From assembly GCA_001788395.1 (NCBI GenBank), contig MGBT01000221.1:16896-80895 (forward strand): a stretch of 64,000 nucleotides of DNA. Reading direction: 5' to 3'. Below, one piece after another: positions 31,175-41,178 of this stretch. A model generated the notes under the pieces. The model saw only the letters and a list, made by a program, of their open reading frames with translations. It made no database searches and was not told the origin of the DNA. The position numbers and the translations under genes are program-made. Every line of letters starts with the position of its first letter. Position 1 is the stretch's first letter. The stretch is from Candidatus Rokubacteria bacterium GWA2_70_23 (GTDB lineage Bacteria; Methylomirabilota; Methylomirabilia; Rokubacteriales; CSP1-6).

Positions 31175-32495
31175 CATCGTGGTGGTGGGCGCCCAGTGGG
31201 GCGACGAGGGCAAGGGGAAGGTCGTGGACGTGCTGGCCCCGCACGTGGACGTGGTGGTGCGCTACCAGGGCGGCAACAACGCGGGGCACACGGTGGTCGT
31301 GGGGAAGGAGAAGTTCGTGCTCCAGACCATCCCCTCGGGGATCCTCCACCGCGGCTGCCGCTGCGTGATCGGCTGCGGCGTCGTCATCAACCCGGCCTCG
31401 CTCATCGATGAGATGGAGGCGCTGGTGCGGCGGGGCGTCTCCCTGGACGGCAACCTCTACATCTCCAAGAACGCGCACCTCATCATGCCCTATCACCCGG
31501 CACTGGACCGGGCGGCGGAGTCCCAGGCCGGCAAGCGCCGCATCGGCACCACGGGCAAGGGCGTGGGGCCGGCCTATGCGGACAAGGCCGCGCGCGTGGG
31601 CATCCGCATGGCGGACCTCCTGGACGAGCAGCTCTTCCGGGACAAGCTCGAGTTCAACATCCGTCAGAAGAATCGGCTCTTGCGCGAGATCTACGATGCC
31701 GAGGAGTTCACGGTGGAGGGGATCCTCGGGCCGTACCTCCGCTACGCCGGGTGGCTGGCGCCCTACATCACGGACACGGCACTCCTGCTCTCGCGCTGGA
31801 TCGACGGCGGCGCCTCCGTGATGTTCGAGGGAGCGCAGGGCACCCTGCTGGATGTGGACCACGGGACCTACCCGTTCATCACCTCCTCCAGCACCACGGC
31901 GGGGGGCGCCTGCACCGGGACCGGGGTGCCGCCCACGAAGATCCACGGCGCGCTCGGCATCTCCAAGGCGTACTGCACGCGCGTGGGCGGCGGCCCGTTC
32001 CTGACGGAGGTCTCGGGCGACATCGCCGACCTCCTGCGCACCCGCGGCAACGAGTTCGGCTCGGTCACCGGCCGGCCCCGGCGCTGCGGCTGGGTGGACG
32101 CCGTCGGGCTCCGGTATGCCGCCCGCATCAACGGTCTCGACGCGTTCGCCATCACCAAGCTCGACGTGCTGGACGCCTGCGAGACGGTGAAGATCTGCGT
32201 GGGGCATCGGCACCGCGGCGAGGTCTTCACGGAATTCCCCGAGGAGGAGCGCATCTGGCACGAGGCGGTGCCCGTCTACGAGGAGCTGTCGGGATGGCAG
32301 ACCTCGACCCACGGCATGCAGGACTATGCCGAGCTGCCCACCAAGGCGCGGGAGTATCTCGAGCGGCTCTCCGAGATCGTCGGCGTCGGCATCGCGCTGG
32401 TCTCCACCGGCCCCGTCCGTGACGACACGATCATCGTCGGGGGCTCGGCGCTGCCCCGCTGGTTCCCGTCGCTCGGCAGCGCGGCCTCCCCGTAG
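31167..32495 (+). CDS. purA: Adenylosuccinate synthetase PurA
   Basis: [21 protein letters not shown] P-loop N-terminus; in frame within track ORF 31077; overlaps hisZ-like stop. Confidence 0.9.
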   Translation: [442 protein letters not shown]

Positions 32496-32567
32496 CGGGC
32501 GCTCGAGCCGCCCGTCCTGGACGGGGCTCTGCGCGGCGGGTAGGTTGGGCGCAATGGAGGGCTGGGT

Positions 32568-35480
32568 GTGACGTGTCCGCGGTGCCAGAGCGACAACCGC
32601 CCGGGAATCAAGTTCTGCGAGGAGTGCGGGGCCCGCCTGGCCCTCGCATGCCCCTCCTGCGGCGCCGAGGTCCTCCCGGACCGGAAGTTCTGCGGCTCTT
32701 GCGGCGGGGCCCTGGCCGAGAAGCCCGCCGACCGGGCCGCCTCGCCACGGGCCTACACCCCGAAGCACCTCGCCGAGAAGATCCTCGTCTCCAAGAGTGC
32801 GCTGGAGGGCGAGCGCAAGCAGGTCACCGTGCTCTTTGCCGATCTCAAGGGCTCCATGGAGCTGCTCGCCAACCGCGACCCGGAAGAAGCACGCCGGCTC
32901 CTGGACCCGGTCCTCGAGCGGATGATGGAGGCCGTCCACCGCTACGAGGGCACGGTGAACCAGGTCATGGGCGACGGGATCATGGCGCTCTTCGGGGCGC
33001 CGCTCGCCCACGAGGACCACGCGGTGCGCGCCTGCTATGCCGCGCTCCGGATGCAGGAGACGGTGGGGGGGTACGCCGAGGAGCTGCGACGGACCCAGGG
33101 GCTCGACGTCCAGATCCGCGTGGGCCTCAATTCCGGCGCGGTGGTGGTCCGCTCCATCGGCAACGACCTGCACATGGACTACACGGCCGTGGGGCAGACC
33201 ACGCACCTCGCCGCGCGCTTGGAGCAGCTCGCCCGTCCCGGGACGACGCTGATGACGGCCGACACCCTCCGGCTCGCCGAGGGCTATGTGGAGGTCAATC
33301 CGCTCGGGCCCGTGCCGGTGAAGGGCCTCGCCGATGCCGTGCAGGTCTATGAGATCGTGCGCGCGGGTCCGGTGCGCTCCCGGCTGCAGGCCGCCGCCGC
33401 CCGCGGACTCTCCCCCTTCGTGGGGCGCGATGGGGAGATCGACGTGCTGCGCCAGTCGCTGGAGCCAGTGCAGGCCGGCCACGGGCAGATCGAGACGCAG
33501 GTCCTCGCCGGGGAGCGCGGCGTCCACCGGCTGGCAAAGGCGCTCACGACCATCGAGGTGCCCGCCACGGTGCAGGCGGTGATCGCCTCGCGCATCGACC
33601 GGCTCGCCCCCGAGGAGAGGCGGCTCCTGCACGCCGCCTCCGTCATCGGCAAGGACGTGCCGCTGGTCCTCCTGCGCGCCGTGGCGGACCTGCCGGAGGA
33701 AGCCCTCAGCCAGAGCCTCATGCGGCTTCAGGCGGCCGAGTTCCTCTACGAGACGGGGCTGTACCCCGATCTCGGATACACCTTCACCCACGCGCTGACG
33801 CACGACGTGGCCTACGGCACGCTCCTCCAGGACCGCCGGCGCGGGCTCCACGCCCAGATCCTCCGGACCATCGAGCGCCTGCACCCCACCCGCCACGCCG
33901 AGCAGGCGGAGGTCCTCGCCGATCACGCCTTCCGCGGCGAGGCGTGGGACACGGCCGTGACGCACCTCCGCAAGGCCGGCGCCAAGGCGGCGGCGCGCTC
34001 CGCCAACGTGGAGGCCGTCGTGTATCTCGAGCGGGCGCTCACCGCGCTCGGGAAGCTGCCGGAGAGCCGCGAGACGACGGAACAGGGGATCGACGTGCGC
34101 CTGGAGCTGCGGCCCCCGCTGCTCCAGCTGGGCCATCTCCCGAAAGTGCTCGCGGTGTCGCAGCAGGCCGAGAACATGGCCAAGCTTATCGGCGACGAGG
34201 CGCGGCTGGCGCGCGTGTACAGCTACCTGATCAACTACCACTACCTCAAGGGCGAGCCGGAGATGGCCATCGCCTACGGCGAGCGCTGCCTGGCCATCGG
34301 CGAGGCCGGGGCCGACGCGGCGCTGCAGGCGATGGCGCGCGGCTATATGGGCTACAGCTATCACGCGCAGGGCCAGTACCGAGAGGCCGAGGCCGTCCTC
34401 GCCCGGAACGTCGAGAAGCTCGAGGCCTTGCGCGCGGCCGAGGGCGCCGGACCTCAGTCCGCGATCTCCTACGTGAGCTCGAGCGGCTGGTTCGCCTTCA
34501 CGCTGGCCGAGCTGGGGGACTTCGACCAGGCGCGCACCTATGCCGACATGGCCGAGCGGGCGGCGGAGGCCGAGCGCCACGCCTACGCCCAGGCGATCGC
34601 ATGGAGCCTCGGGGGGCTCGTGGCGCTACAGCGCGGGCATCTGGACCGGGCGCTGCATCTCCTGGAGAAGAGCCTCGAGACCTGCCGGAGCAAGCAGCTC
34701 ACGGTATGGCAGCCGATCCCCTCATCGCTGCTCGGGCTCACCCAGGTCCTGCTGGGCCGACACGACGAGGGGCTCTCCCTGCTGGAGGACGGCGTCGCGC
34801 GCACCGAGGCCCTCGGCGTGAAGGCGTACCTCGCGCTCTGGACGGCGCAGCTCGGCGAGGGGCTCGTCGCCGCCGGCCAGCCCTCCCGCGCGTTCGCGGC
34901 GGGCGAGCAAGCGCTCAGCCTCGCCATCGCCCACAAGGAGCGCGGCCACCAGGCCCGCGCGCTCCGGCTCCTGGGCGAGGTCGCCCTGCGTAGCGATCCG
35001 CCGGATCTGGCGAAGGCGGAGCAGGACTTCGCCCAGGCCCTCGCGCTGGCGGAGGAGCTCGGCATGCGCCCGCTCGTCGGTCGAATCCGCCTCGGGCTCG
35101 GCCAGCTCCACCTCGAGAGGGGGGACCGCGCCCAGGCCGAGGACCACCTGATCGCCGCGCTCGCCCTCCTCCGCGCGCTCGACATGCGCTTCTTCCTCGC
35201 GCAGGCGACAAGCGAGCTCAAGCGCCTCGGGCACATCTTCGTCGTGGCCCACCATAACCTCGGCCTCTACGAGTTCCTCAAGGAGAAGTTCGCCGGCGAT
35301 GGCGAGGTGACGGTGATCCTGGATCGGCGGCGCAGCGAGCGCCGGGGCGACGGGCAGCCTTCCGCCGCCGAGCGGGGCCGCGCCGAGCGCCGTTACCCCG
35401 GCTCGGGTGACGGCGCCCTGCGCCTGCGGGGCCTGGTCGTGCTCCCGGGCGAGGCGGGCTCACCGCCGGCGCGCTCCTAG
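32568..35480 (+). CDS. Multidomain signalling protein: double zinc-ribbon, class III adenylyl/guanylyl cyclase domain, degenerate STAND/ATPase remnant, TPR-like helical repeats
   Basis: CPRCQ...CEEC...CPSCG...CGSC zinc ribbons; VTVLFADLKGSMELL...VMGDGIMALFGAP cyclase core; FVGRDGEID... segment but no GxxxxGK[ST] anywhere in the 970 aa. Confidence 0.8.
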   Translation: MTCPRCQSDNRPGIKFCEECGARLALACPSCGAEVLPDRKFCGSCGGALAEKPADRAASPRAYTPKHLAEKILVSKSALEGERKQVTVLFADLKGSMELLANRDPEEARRLLDPVLERMMEAVHRYEGTVNQVMGDGIMALFGAPLAHEDHAVRACYAALRMQETVGGYAEELRRTQGLDVQIRVGLNSGAVVVRSIGNDLHMDYTAVGQTTHLAARLEQLARPGTTLMTADTLRLAEGYVEVNPLGPVPVKGLADAVQVYEIVRAGPVRSRLQAAAARGLSPFVGRDGEIDVLRQSLEPVQAGHGQIETQVLAGERGVHRLAKALTTIEVPATVQAVIASRIDRLAPEERRLLHAASVIGKDVPLVLLRAVADLPEEALSQSLMRLQAAEFLYETGLYPDLGYTFTHALTHDVAYGTLLQDRRRGLHAQILRTIERLHPTRHAEQAEVLADHAFRGEAWDTAVTHLRKAGAKAAARSANVEAVVYLERALTALGKLPESRETTEQGIDVRLELRPPLLQLGHLPKVLAVSQQAENMAKLIGDEARLARVYSYLINYHYLKGEPEMAIAYGERCLAIGEAGADAALQAMARGYMGYSYHAQGQYREAEAVLARNVEKLEALRAAEGAGPQSAISYVSSSGWFAFTLAELGDFDQARTYADMAERAAEAERHAYAQAIAWSLGGLVALQRGHLDRALHLLEKSLETCRSKQLTVWQPIPSSLLGLTQVLLGRHDEGLSLLEDGVARTEALGVKAYLALWTAQLGEGLVAAGQPSRAFAAGEQALSLAIAHKERGHQARALRLLGEVALRSDPPDLAKAEQDFAQALALAEELGMRPLVGRIRLGLGQLHLERGDRAQAEDHLIAALALLRALDMRFFLAQATSELKRLGHIFVVAHHNLGLYEFLKEKFAGDGEVTVILDRRRSERRGDGQPSAAERGRAERRYPGSGDGALRLRGLVVLPGEAGSPPARS

Positions 35481-35545
35481 CCGCCTTCCGCGCGCGGGCC
35501 CGGCGCGGACGCCGTGCCCCGGGCGCGTGATATCATCCCCCGCGT

Positions 35546-35621
35546 GAGCCGTTAGCTCAATCGGGAGAGCACCTGCCTTTTAAGCAGGGGGTCCCGGGTT
35601 CGATCCCCGGACGGCTCACCA
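35546..35621 (+). tRNA. tRNA-Lys (anticodon TTT)
   Basis: Cloverleaf folded by hand: 7-bp acceptor GAGCCGT/ACGGCTC, anticodon loop CTTTTAA, T-loop TTCGATC, encoded CCA. Confidence 0.85.
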
Positions 35622-35769
35622 TTGCTTCTCGCGGACTTCCGCGACACGCGCGTTACATCCCCCTACACCTGCAGCTCTCAGCCGCTCCTTCTGGTGCATG
35701 GACGACAGGATCGCTCAGGTTCCCGGCTGACGGAAGGGGCGACCCGGCAGTCGGGGCGACAGGACGGCG

Positions 35770-37704
35770 TCAGTCGGCGACGGTGGGCGGAGCGGCACCG
35801 ACCCGGGGCTCGGCGGCGACGGCGAGGGGGCGGGTGGGAGCCACCGGGCGCCGGCGCTCGAGGCGGTAGTCCCACGCGGCGAAGGCGACGAGCGCCACGC
35901 TGGTGGCGACGGACACGGCCAGGTTGGGCGAGATGGCGGCCAGCGCCGTGGCGGCCAGGAACGCGCGCTTGCCCCGGCCGAGCGGCGTGAACATGTGCCC
36001 GGCGATGGCCGCGCACAGGGACGCGATGCCGACGGCGGCGGAGGCGAAGGTGATGACCACCTCGGTCCACTCGCCGCGCATCAGCAGCGCTGGCTGGTAG
36101 ACGAACAGGAACGGCGCCAGGAAGCCGCCGATGGCGATGCGCGAGGCGTGGAGGCCGGTGATCATGGGCCTGGCGCCCGCGATCTGTGCTCCGGCGAAGG
36201 CGGTCACCGCCACCGGCGGCGTCACGTCGGCCAGGACCGCGTAGTAGAAGACGAACAGGTGCGCGGCCAGGATGTCGACGCCGAGCTTCTGCAGGGCGGC
36301 CCCGCCCACGGTGACGGCGAGGATGTAGGCCGGGGTGGTCGGGATACCGGTGCCGAGCACCGAGACGACGGCGAAGACCAGGAGGAGGGCGACGATCAGG
36401 TGGCCGCCCGACAGGTTGATGATCGCGCTGGAGAACGAGAGCGCGAAACCGGTGCGGCTTATGGCGGCGACGATGAGGCCAGACGCCGCGAGGACGGCGG
36501 CGATGATGACGCCCGAGCGCATGGACTCCTGCAGGGTGAAGTAGATGCGCCGGGGCGTCATCGGCTGCTCGCCCGCGAACCAGGAGACGACGATAGCCGT
36601 GAGGAAGCTGTAGAGGGCGGCCTTGGACGGCGAGTACCCCGCCTCCAGGAAGTAGACGATCGTCAGGAACGGCGAGAAGAGGAGCGCGCGCCGCAGCAGG
36701 CTGCCGAGCGGCGGGATGTCGGCGGTCATGGTGCCGATGGCCTGCCGGAGCGCCTCCCAGTGCACGGTGGCCATGATCGAGACGTAATAGAGGACGGCCG
36801 GCAGGGCGGCCGCCACGATGATCTTGGAGTACGGCACGCCGGTCAGCTCGGCCATGATGAAGGCGCCGGCGCCCATGATCGGCGGCATCAGCGGCCCCCC
36901 GCACGAGGCGGTGGCCTCGATGGCGCCCGCGATCTCCGGGCGGTAGCCGATCTTCTTCATCAGCGGGATGGTGAAGGTGCCCGTCGCGTAGCAGTCGGCC
37001 ACCGAGGAGCCGCTCACGGTGCCGTAGAGCGCCGAGGACAGCACGGCGACCTTGGCCGGCCCGCCGCGGTACCGGCCTGCCAGCGCGATGGAGATGTCCA
37101 TGAAGAACTGGCCGACGCCCGAGTGCAGCATGAAGGCGGCGAAGATGATGAAGATCATCAGCAGGTTGGACGAGATGCCGGTGAGCGTCCCCAGCACGCC
37201 CTCGTCGGCGTAGAGGAAGAACATCTCGATCAGCTTGGGGTAGCTGTAGGCGCGGGGCGAGTGCAGGAACCCCGGCAGCCAGGGCGCGGTGACGAGGTAG
37301 GCCATGAACACGAGGGTGGTGACGAAGAACCAGAACCCCACGGCGCGCCGCGCGGCCTCGAGCACCGCCAGCACGAGGAGGGTGCCAAGGATCACCTGTC
37401 CCGTGGCGACGGGGTGGACGCCTTCCCAGCGCTGGGTCAGCTCCTCGGCGTTCCGAATGACGTAGAGGGTGGGGGCGAGGGCGGCGACCACCCAGAGCAC
37501 GTCCACGGCGCTGACACGGTTGGCCGGCGACCGCTTGCCGGCGGGGAAGAGCAGGAAAGCGAGTGGCAGCAGGAACATGAGGTGGACCGCCCGCATCTCG
37601 CGCGGTTCCCAGGCCCCGGCGTACGCGGTCCAGATGTGGAACAGGGCGGCGGCGGCGGCCCAGCCGCCAACCGCCCCGCCCACCCGGCCCTGCAGACGGC
37701 GCAT
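35770..37704 (-). CDS. TAXI-type TRAP transporter fused permease subunit (DctQ-DctM fusion)
   Basis: 644-aa polytopic membrane protein beginning MRRLQGRVGG...; start 2 nt after the SBP stop; the upstream part of track ORF 35770..38643 is an artefactual in-frame extension. Confidence 0.8.
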   Translation of the reverse strand: MRRLQGRVGGAVGGWAAAAALFHIWTAYAGAWEPREMRAVHLMFLLPLAFLLFPAGKRSPANRVSAVDVLWVVAALAPTLYVIRNAEELTQRWEGVHPVATGQVILGTLLVLAVLEAARRAVGFWFFVTTLVFMAYLVTAPWLPGFLHSPRAYSYPKLIEMFFLYADEGVLGTLTGISSNLLMIFIIFAAFMLHSGVGQFFMDISIALAGRYRGGPAKVAVLSSALYGTVSGSSVADCYATGTFTIPLMKKIGYRPEIAGAIEATASCGGPLMPPIMGAGAFIMAELTGVPYSKIIVAAALPAVLYYVSIMATVHWEALRQAIGTMTADIPPLGSLLRRALLFSPFLTIVYFLEAGYSPSKAALYSFLTAIVVSWFAGEQPMTPRRIYFTLQESMRSGVIIAAVLAASGLIVAAISRTGFALSFSSAIINLSGGHLIVALLLVFAVVSVLGTGIPTTPAYILAVTVGGAALQKLGVDILAAHLFVFYYAVLADVTPPVAVTAFAGAQIAGARPMITGLHASRIAIGGFLAPFLFVYQPALLMRGEWTEVVITFASAAVGIASLCAAIAGHMFTPLGRGKRAFLAATALAAISPNLAVSVATSVALVAFAAWDYRLERRRPVAPTRPLAVAAEPRVGAAPPTVAD

Positions 37705-37706
37705 GA

Positions 37707-38687
37707 CTACTTCAGCAGGCCAGCTTCCTTGTAGGCGCGCTCGGCGCCTGGGTGCAGCGGCACGTTGCCGAGCCTGACGGCGTCCTTGGGGTCGAAGTCC
37801 TTGAAGGCCGGGTGCACCTTCCGCACGCCGTCGACGTTGGCCAGCAGCAGCTTCGTGAACTGGTAGATGGCGTCCGCCGGCGCGATCTTGGCGTTGGCCA
37901 CGATGGTGTTGGCCATGGCGATGGTCGGGATGTCGCGGTCGTTGTTGACGACGTCCTTGTAGGAGCCCTTCGGGATGACGCCCCGGCTCAGGCCGAACTG
38001 CTCGAGGTACTTGAGCAGGTCCTCGTCCATGGGCAGGATGCGCATCTTGCGGCCGAGCGAGGCTTCCTGCAGGGCGGCGGCGGGCACGGCCAGGTTCGGG
38101 ACCAGGATGTCGGCGTTGCGGTCGCGGAACTGGGTGACAAGGTCGGAGTAGGAGACGAAGATGACCTTGCCGCCGCGGCTGCGCACGTCGTTGTAGGACG
38201 TCTTGTAGAACTCGAAGATCTTCCGCATCACCCACTCGTCCGAGCCGCCCGGCGGCGTGGTGCCGATCTTGAGCGGCAGCTTCTTGTCGAACGCCTCGCG
38301 GATGGACTGTACGGGCAGGTCGTCGGCCACGGAGAACTGCACGTGGACGTAGCCGAGCCCGTTCATCACCAGCCGCATGTCGCCGTGCTTGTCCTTGTAC
38401 GGGTCCTGGCCGTTGTACGAGGCGGCGATGAAGGGCGGCAGCCCCCAGGCGATCTCGGTCTCCGCCTGCTGGATCTTGCTCATGTTCTGGATTCCGGCGC
38501 CGGGGATGACCTTGATGTTGAAGCTCGGGTCCTTGGACTTGAGGAGCTCCACGAACCCGCCGGCCTGCGCGTACCAGCCGCCGCCGACCTGCCCGGCGGT
38601 CCAGGTGAGCGTCTTCTGCTGTGCCGTCGCAGGCAGCGCCCACGCGGCCAGGGCAAACGCCAACAGCACTCCGATGGCTCGTCGCAT
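37707..38687 (-). CDS. TAXI-family TRAP transporter solute-binding protein
   Basis: MRRAIGVLLAFALAAWALPATAQQ signal peptide; 327 aa; RBS AAAGGAGG upstream; rest of track ORF 37707..39662 is an extension. Confidence 0.8.
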   Translation of the reverse strand: MRRAIGVLLAFALAAWALPATAQQKTLTWTAGQVGGGWYAQAGGFVELLKSKDPSFNIKVIPGAGIQNMSKIQQAETEIAWGLPPFIAASYNGQDPYKDKHGDMRLVMNGLGYVHVQFSVADDLPVQSIREAFDKKLPLKIGTTPPGGSDEWVMRKIFEFYKTSYNDVRSRGGKVIFVSYSDLVTQFRDRNADILVPNLAVPAAALQEASLGRKMRILPMDEDLLKYLEQFGLSRGVIPKGSYKDVVNNDRDIPTIAMANTIVANAKIAPADAIYQFTKLLLANVDGVRKVHPAFKDFDPKDAVRLGNVPLHPGAERAYKEAGLLK

Positions 38688-38698
38688 CACGTCCTCCT

Positions 38699-39835
38699 TT
38701 ATCGTCGCGTGCACTCCCTCAATGCGGCCTCGTCGACCTCGACGCCCAGGCCCGGGTCGTCGAGCGCCAGGATGGCGCCATCGGCGTACTGCACCGGGCG
38801 GCGGACCACGTCGCCCTTGAGCAGCAGCGGGCCGAACAGCTCGCAGCCCCACGTGACCGGCGCCGCCGCCAGCGCCACTTGCAGATAGGCGGCGGTGCCG
38901 AGCGAGGTCTCGATCATGCAGCCGACGTAGCAGCTCATGCCGGCCGCCTCGGCGATGCGGGCGATGGCCATGGTGCCCAGGATGCCGGCCGACTTGGTGA
39001 GCTTGAGGGCCAGGATCGACACGCCGCCGAGCCGCGCGATGGCGAGCGCCTCGTGGGGCGAGCCGCACGACTCGTCGGCCATCACCGGCACCGTCACCCG
39101 GCGCGCGATCTCCGCCATGCCGTCCAGGTCCCAGCGCGGCACCGGCTGCTCGACGAAGTCGAGATCGTAGGGCTCGAGCGCGCGGATGGCGGCGAGGGCG
39201 GTGGGCCGGTCCCAGCCCTGGTTGGCGTCCACGCGGAGCGAGACGCCGGGGCCGACCGCCTCGCGGATGCGCCGCACCCGCTCGACGTCGTGGGCGACCG
39301 GGTGCGCGGCCGTCTTGATCTTGAAGATGCGGTGGCCCAGTGCGACCTTCTGGCGCGCCTCCTCGATCTCGGCCTCGGGGCTCGTCACCGCGAGCGACCA
39401 CGACAGCGGCACGCGGTCGCGCACGCGGCCGCCCAGCAGGCGGTGGACGGGCACGCCGAGCGCCCGGCCGTTGAGGTCCCAGAGCGCCATCTCGACCGCC
39501 GCGCGGGCGAAGGGGTTGCCCTGCACCCGGCGCGCCATCTCCCGGCGCAGCGGCTCGATCTCCGCGGCGTCGCGGCCCACCAGCCACGGCGCCACGTAGC
39601 GCTCGATCACCGCCTGCACCGACTCCGCCGACTCCTCGCTCCAGGTGGGGCCGCCCAGGCACGCCGCCTCGCCCCAGCCCACGAGACCGCCGCGCGTCTC
39701 GATCCGCACGAAGGCGAAGTTGACGGCCTCCAGCGTGGTGAACGACATCTTGTGCGGCCGCTTGACCGGGATGTCGGCCAGCACCACGCGCACCTCGGCG
39801 ATGGTCAGGTCACTCGGCATCCGGCCCCTCGTCAT
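38699..39835 (-). CDS. Enolase-superfamily enzyme, MR/MLE subgroup (dipeptide epimerase / HpbD-like racemase-epimerase)
   Basis: KIKT (KxK), DLDFVEQP, MADES metal ligands and KLTKSAG second Lys; start may be the internal Met at 39820. Confidence 0.8.
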   Translation of the reverse strand: MTRGRMPSDLTIAEVRVVLADIPVKRPHKMSFTTLEAVNFAFVRIETRGGLVGWGEAACLGGPTWSEESAESVQAVIERYVAPWLVGRDAAEIEPLRREMARRVQGNPFARAAVEMALWDLNGRALGVPVHRLLGGRVRDRVPLSWSLAVTSPEAEIEEARQKVALGHRIFKIKTAAHPVAHDVERVRRIREAVGPGVSLRVDANQGWDRPTALAAIRALEPYDLDFVEQPVPRWDLDGMAEIARRVTVPVMADESCGSPHEALAIARLGGVSILALKLTKSAGILGTMAIARIAEAAGMSCYVGCMIETSLGTAAYLQVALAAAPVTWGCELFGPLLLKGDVVRRPVQYADGAILALDDPGLGVEVDEAALRECTRR

Positions 39836-40973
39836 GCGCCTTCGCCGCGCCGCGGGCGAAGCGCCCGGGGTCGAAGAGCGAGAGGTCGGCGGCGGGCTTG
39901 CCCTCCACCAGCCAGGCGGCCACGTGGCGCCCGGTGGCCGGCGAGTGCTGGAAGCCGTGGCCGCCGAAGCCGACGGCGAGAAAGAAGCCCTCGACCTCCG
40001 GCGCCCAGCCGATGATCGCGTGGTCGTCCGGCGTGAGCGGCCGCAGGCCTGCCCAGCCGCCGGCGATCTTCGCCTGCTCCAGCAGCGGGACGCGGTGGAC
40101 GGCCTTCGTCACCGCCTCCTCCACCATCGACCAGTCCATCGGCACCTCGACGTCCTCGCCGATGTCCTGCACGTCGCCGGGGCTGAGCAGGACCTGCTCC
40201 ATCTCCTTGCGGAAGTAGAAGCCACTGGCGCGGTCCGTGGTGAGCGGCACCGGCCCCGGGATCTCCGGGAACGGCTCGGTGTAGAAGATGTGCCGCCGCC
40301 GCGGGTGCACCGGCACCTCGGCCCCGGCCATCCGGCCCACGCGTGCCGCGGCCGGGCCGGCCGCGTTGACGACGATCGGCGCCGCGATGGCGCCGTTCGT
40401 GGTCGTCACGCCGGTCACCCGGCCCCCCGCGGTTGCGATGCCGGTGACCGTCACTCCCTCCACGATGCGCGCGCCCAGCCCGCGCGCGCGCCGGGCGAAG
40501 GCGTTGGTGACCTCGGCCGGGCCGGCCAGGCCGTCGTCGGGCCCCCACACGGCCGCCACGAGGTCGTCCACGCGGAGGGCGGGCACCAGCCGCTGCGCCT
40601 CGTCCGGCGCGATGACGCGGACGTCGACGCCGCAGCGCCGCTGCAGCGCCATGCGCTCCTCGAAGCCCTTGAGGTCGGCCGGGTCGGAGACGAGGAAGAG
40701 GTAGCCGATCTTCTTGTAGCCGGGATCGACGCCGAACTCCTCCTCGAACCGCTCGAACACCGCGATGGACTCCAGCGAGAAGCGCACCTCAGCCTCGGTG
40801 GGGAACTGGGCGCGGATGCCGCCGGCCGCCTTGCTGGTGGTGCCGCTGCCGACGGCCTCGCGCTCGATCACGACGACGTCACGCAGACCGCGACCGGCCA
40901 GATGGTAGGCGATGGAGCAGCCGACCACGCCGCCGCCGATGATCACCACGCTGGCGGTGCGGGGGACAGACAT
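39810..40973 (-). CDS. FAD-dependent oxidoreductase (DAO family; D-amino-acid / sarcosine oxidase-like)
   Basis: SVVIIGGGVVGCSIAYHLAGRG dinucleotide-binding N-terminus; start chosen at MSVPRTA (40973). Confidence 0.8.
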   Translation of the reverse strand: MSVPRTASVVIIGGGVVGCSIAYHLAGRGLRDVVVIEREAVGSGTTSKAAGGIRAQFPTEAEVRFSLESIAVFERFEEEFGVDPGYKKIGYLFLVSDPADLKGFEERMALQRRCGVDVRVIAPDEAQRLVPALRVDDLVAAVWGPDDGLAGPAEVTNAFARRARGLGARIVEGVTVTGIATAGGRVTGVTTTNGAIAAPIVVNAAGPAAARVGRMAGAEVPVHPRRRHIFYTEPFPEIPGPVPLTTDRASGFYFRKEMEQVLLSPGDVQDIGEDVEVPMDWSMVEEAVTKAVHRVPLLEQAKIAGGWAGLRPLTPDDHAIIGWAPEVEGFFLAVGFGGHGFQHSPATGRHVAAWLVEGKPAADLSLFDPGRFARGAAKAHDEGPDAE

Positions 40974-41178
40974 GACGGCAGGATGGTACACCACCTGCGC
41001 CCCCGGGCAACGGCCTCTTCCCGAACGGGTGCACGACACCAGATTGAGGGGTGTGCGAACACTCTTCGCTCCCTCGAGTCTCAGCCAAGCCCCGCCCGGG
41101 TTGCGCTAAGATGCGTCCTGGCGCAATGTTCCGGTCATGCTCAGCCCGAGACGCGGCTGAGGGCCACAGGAGGCTGAC

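Noticed and set aside
35678-36904. 408-aa minus-strand ORF overlapping the TRAP permease gene in another frame
   Set aside because: The co-directional frame 35770..37704 gives a coherent polytopic TRAP permease. This frame gives Arg/Pro-rich low-complexity sequence.
35995-37734. 579-aa plus-strand ORF rich in Asp/Gly/Arg/His
   Set aside because: Antisense to the TRAP permease. The composition is low-complexity and no domain is recognisable.
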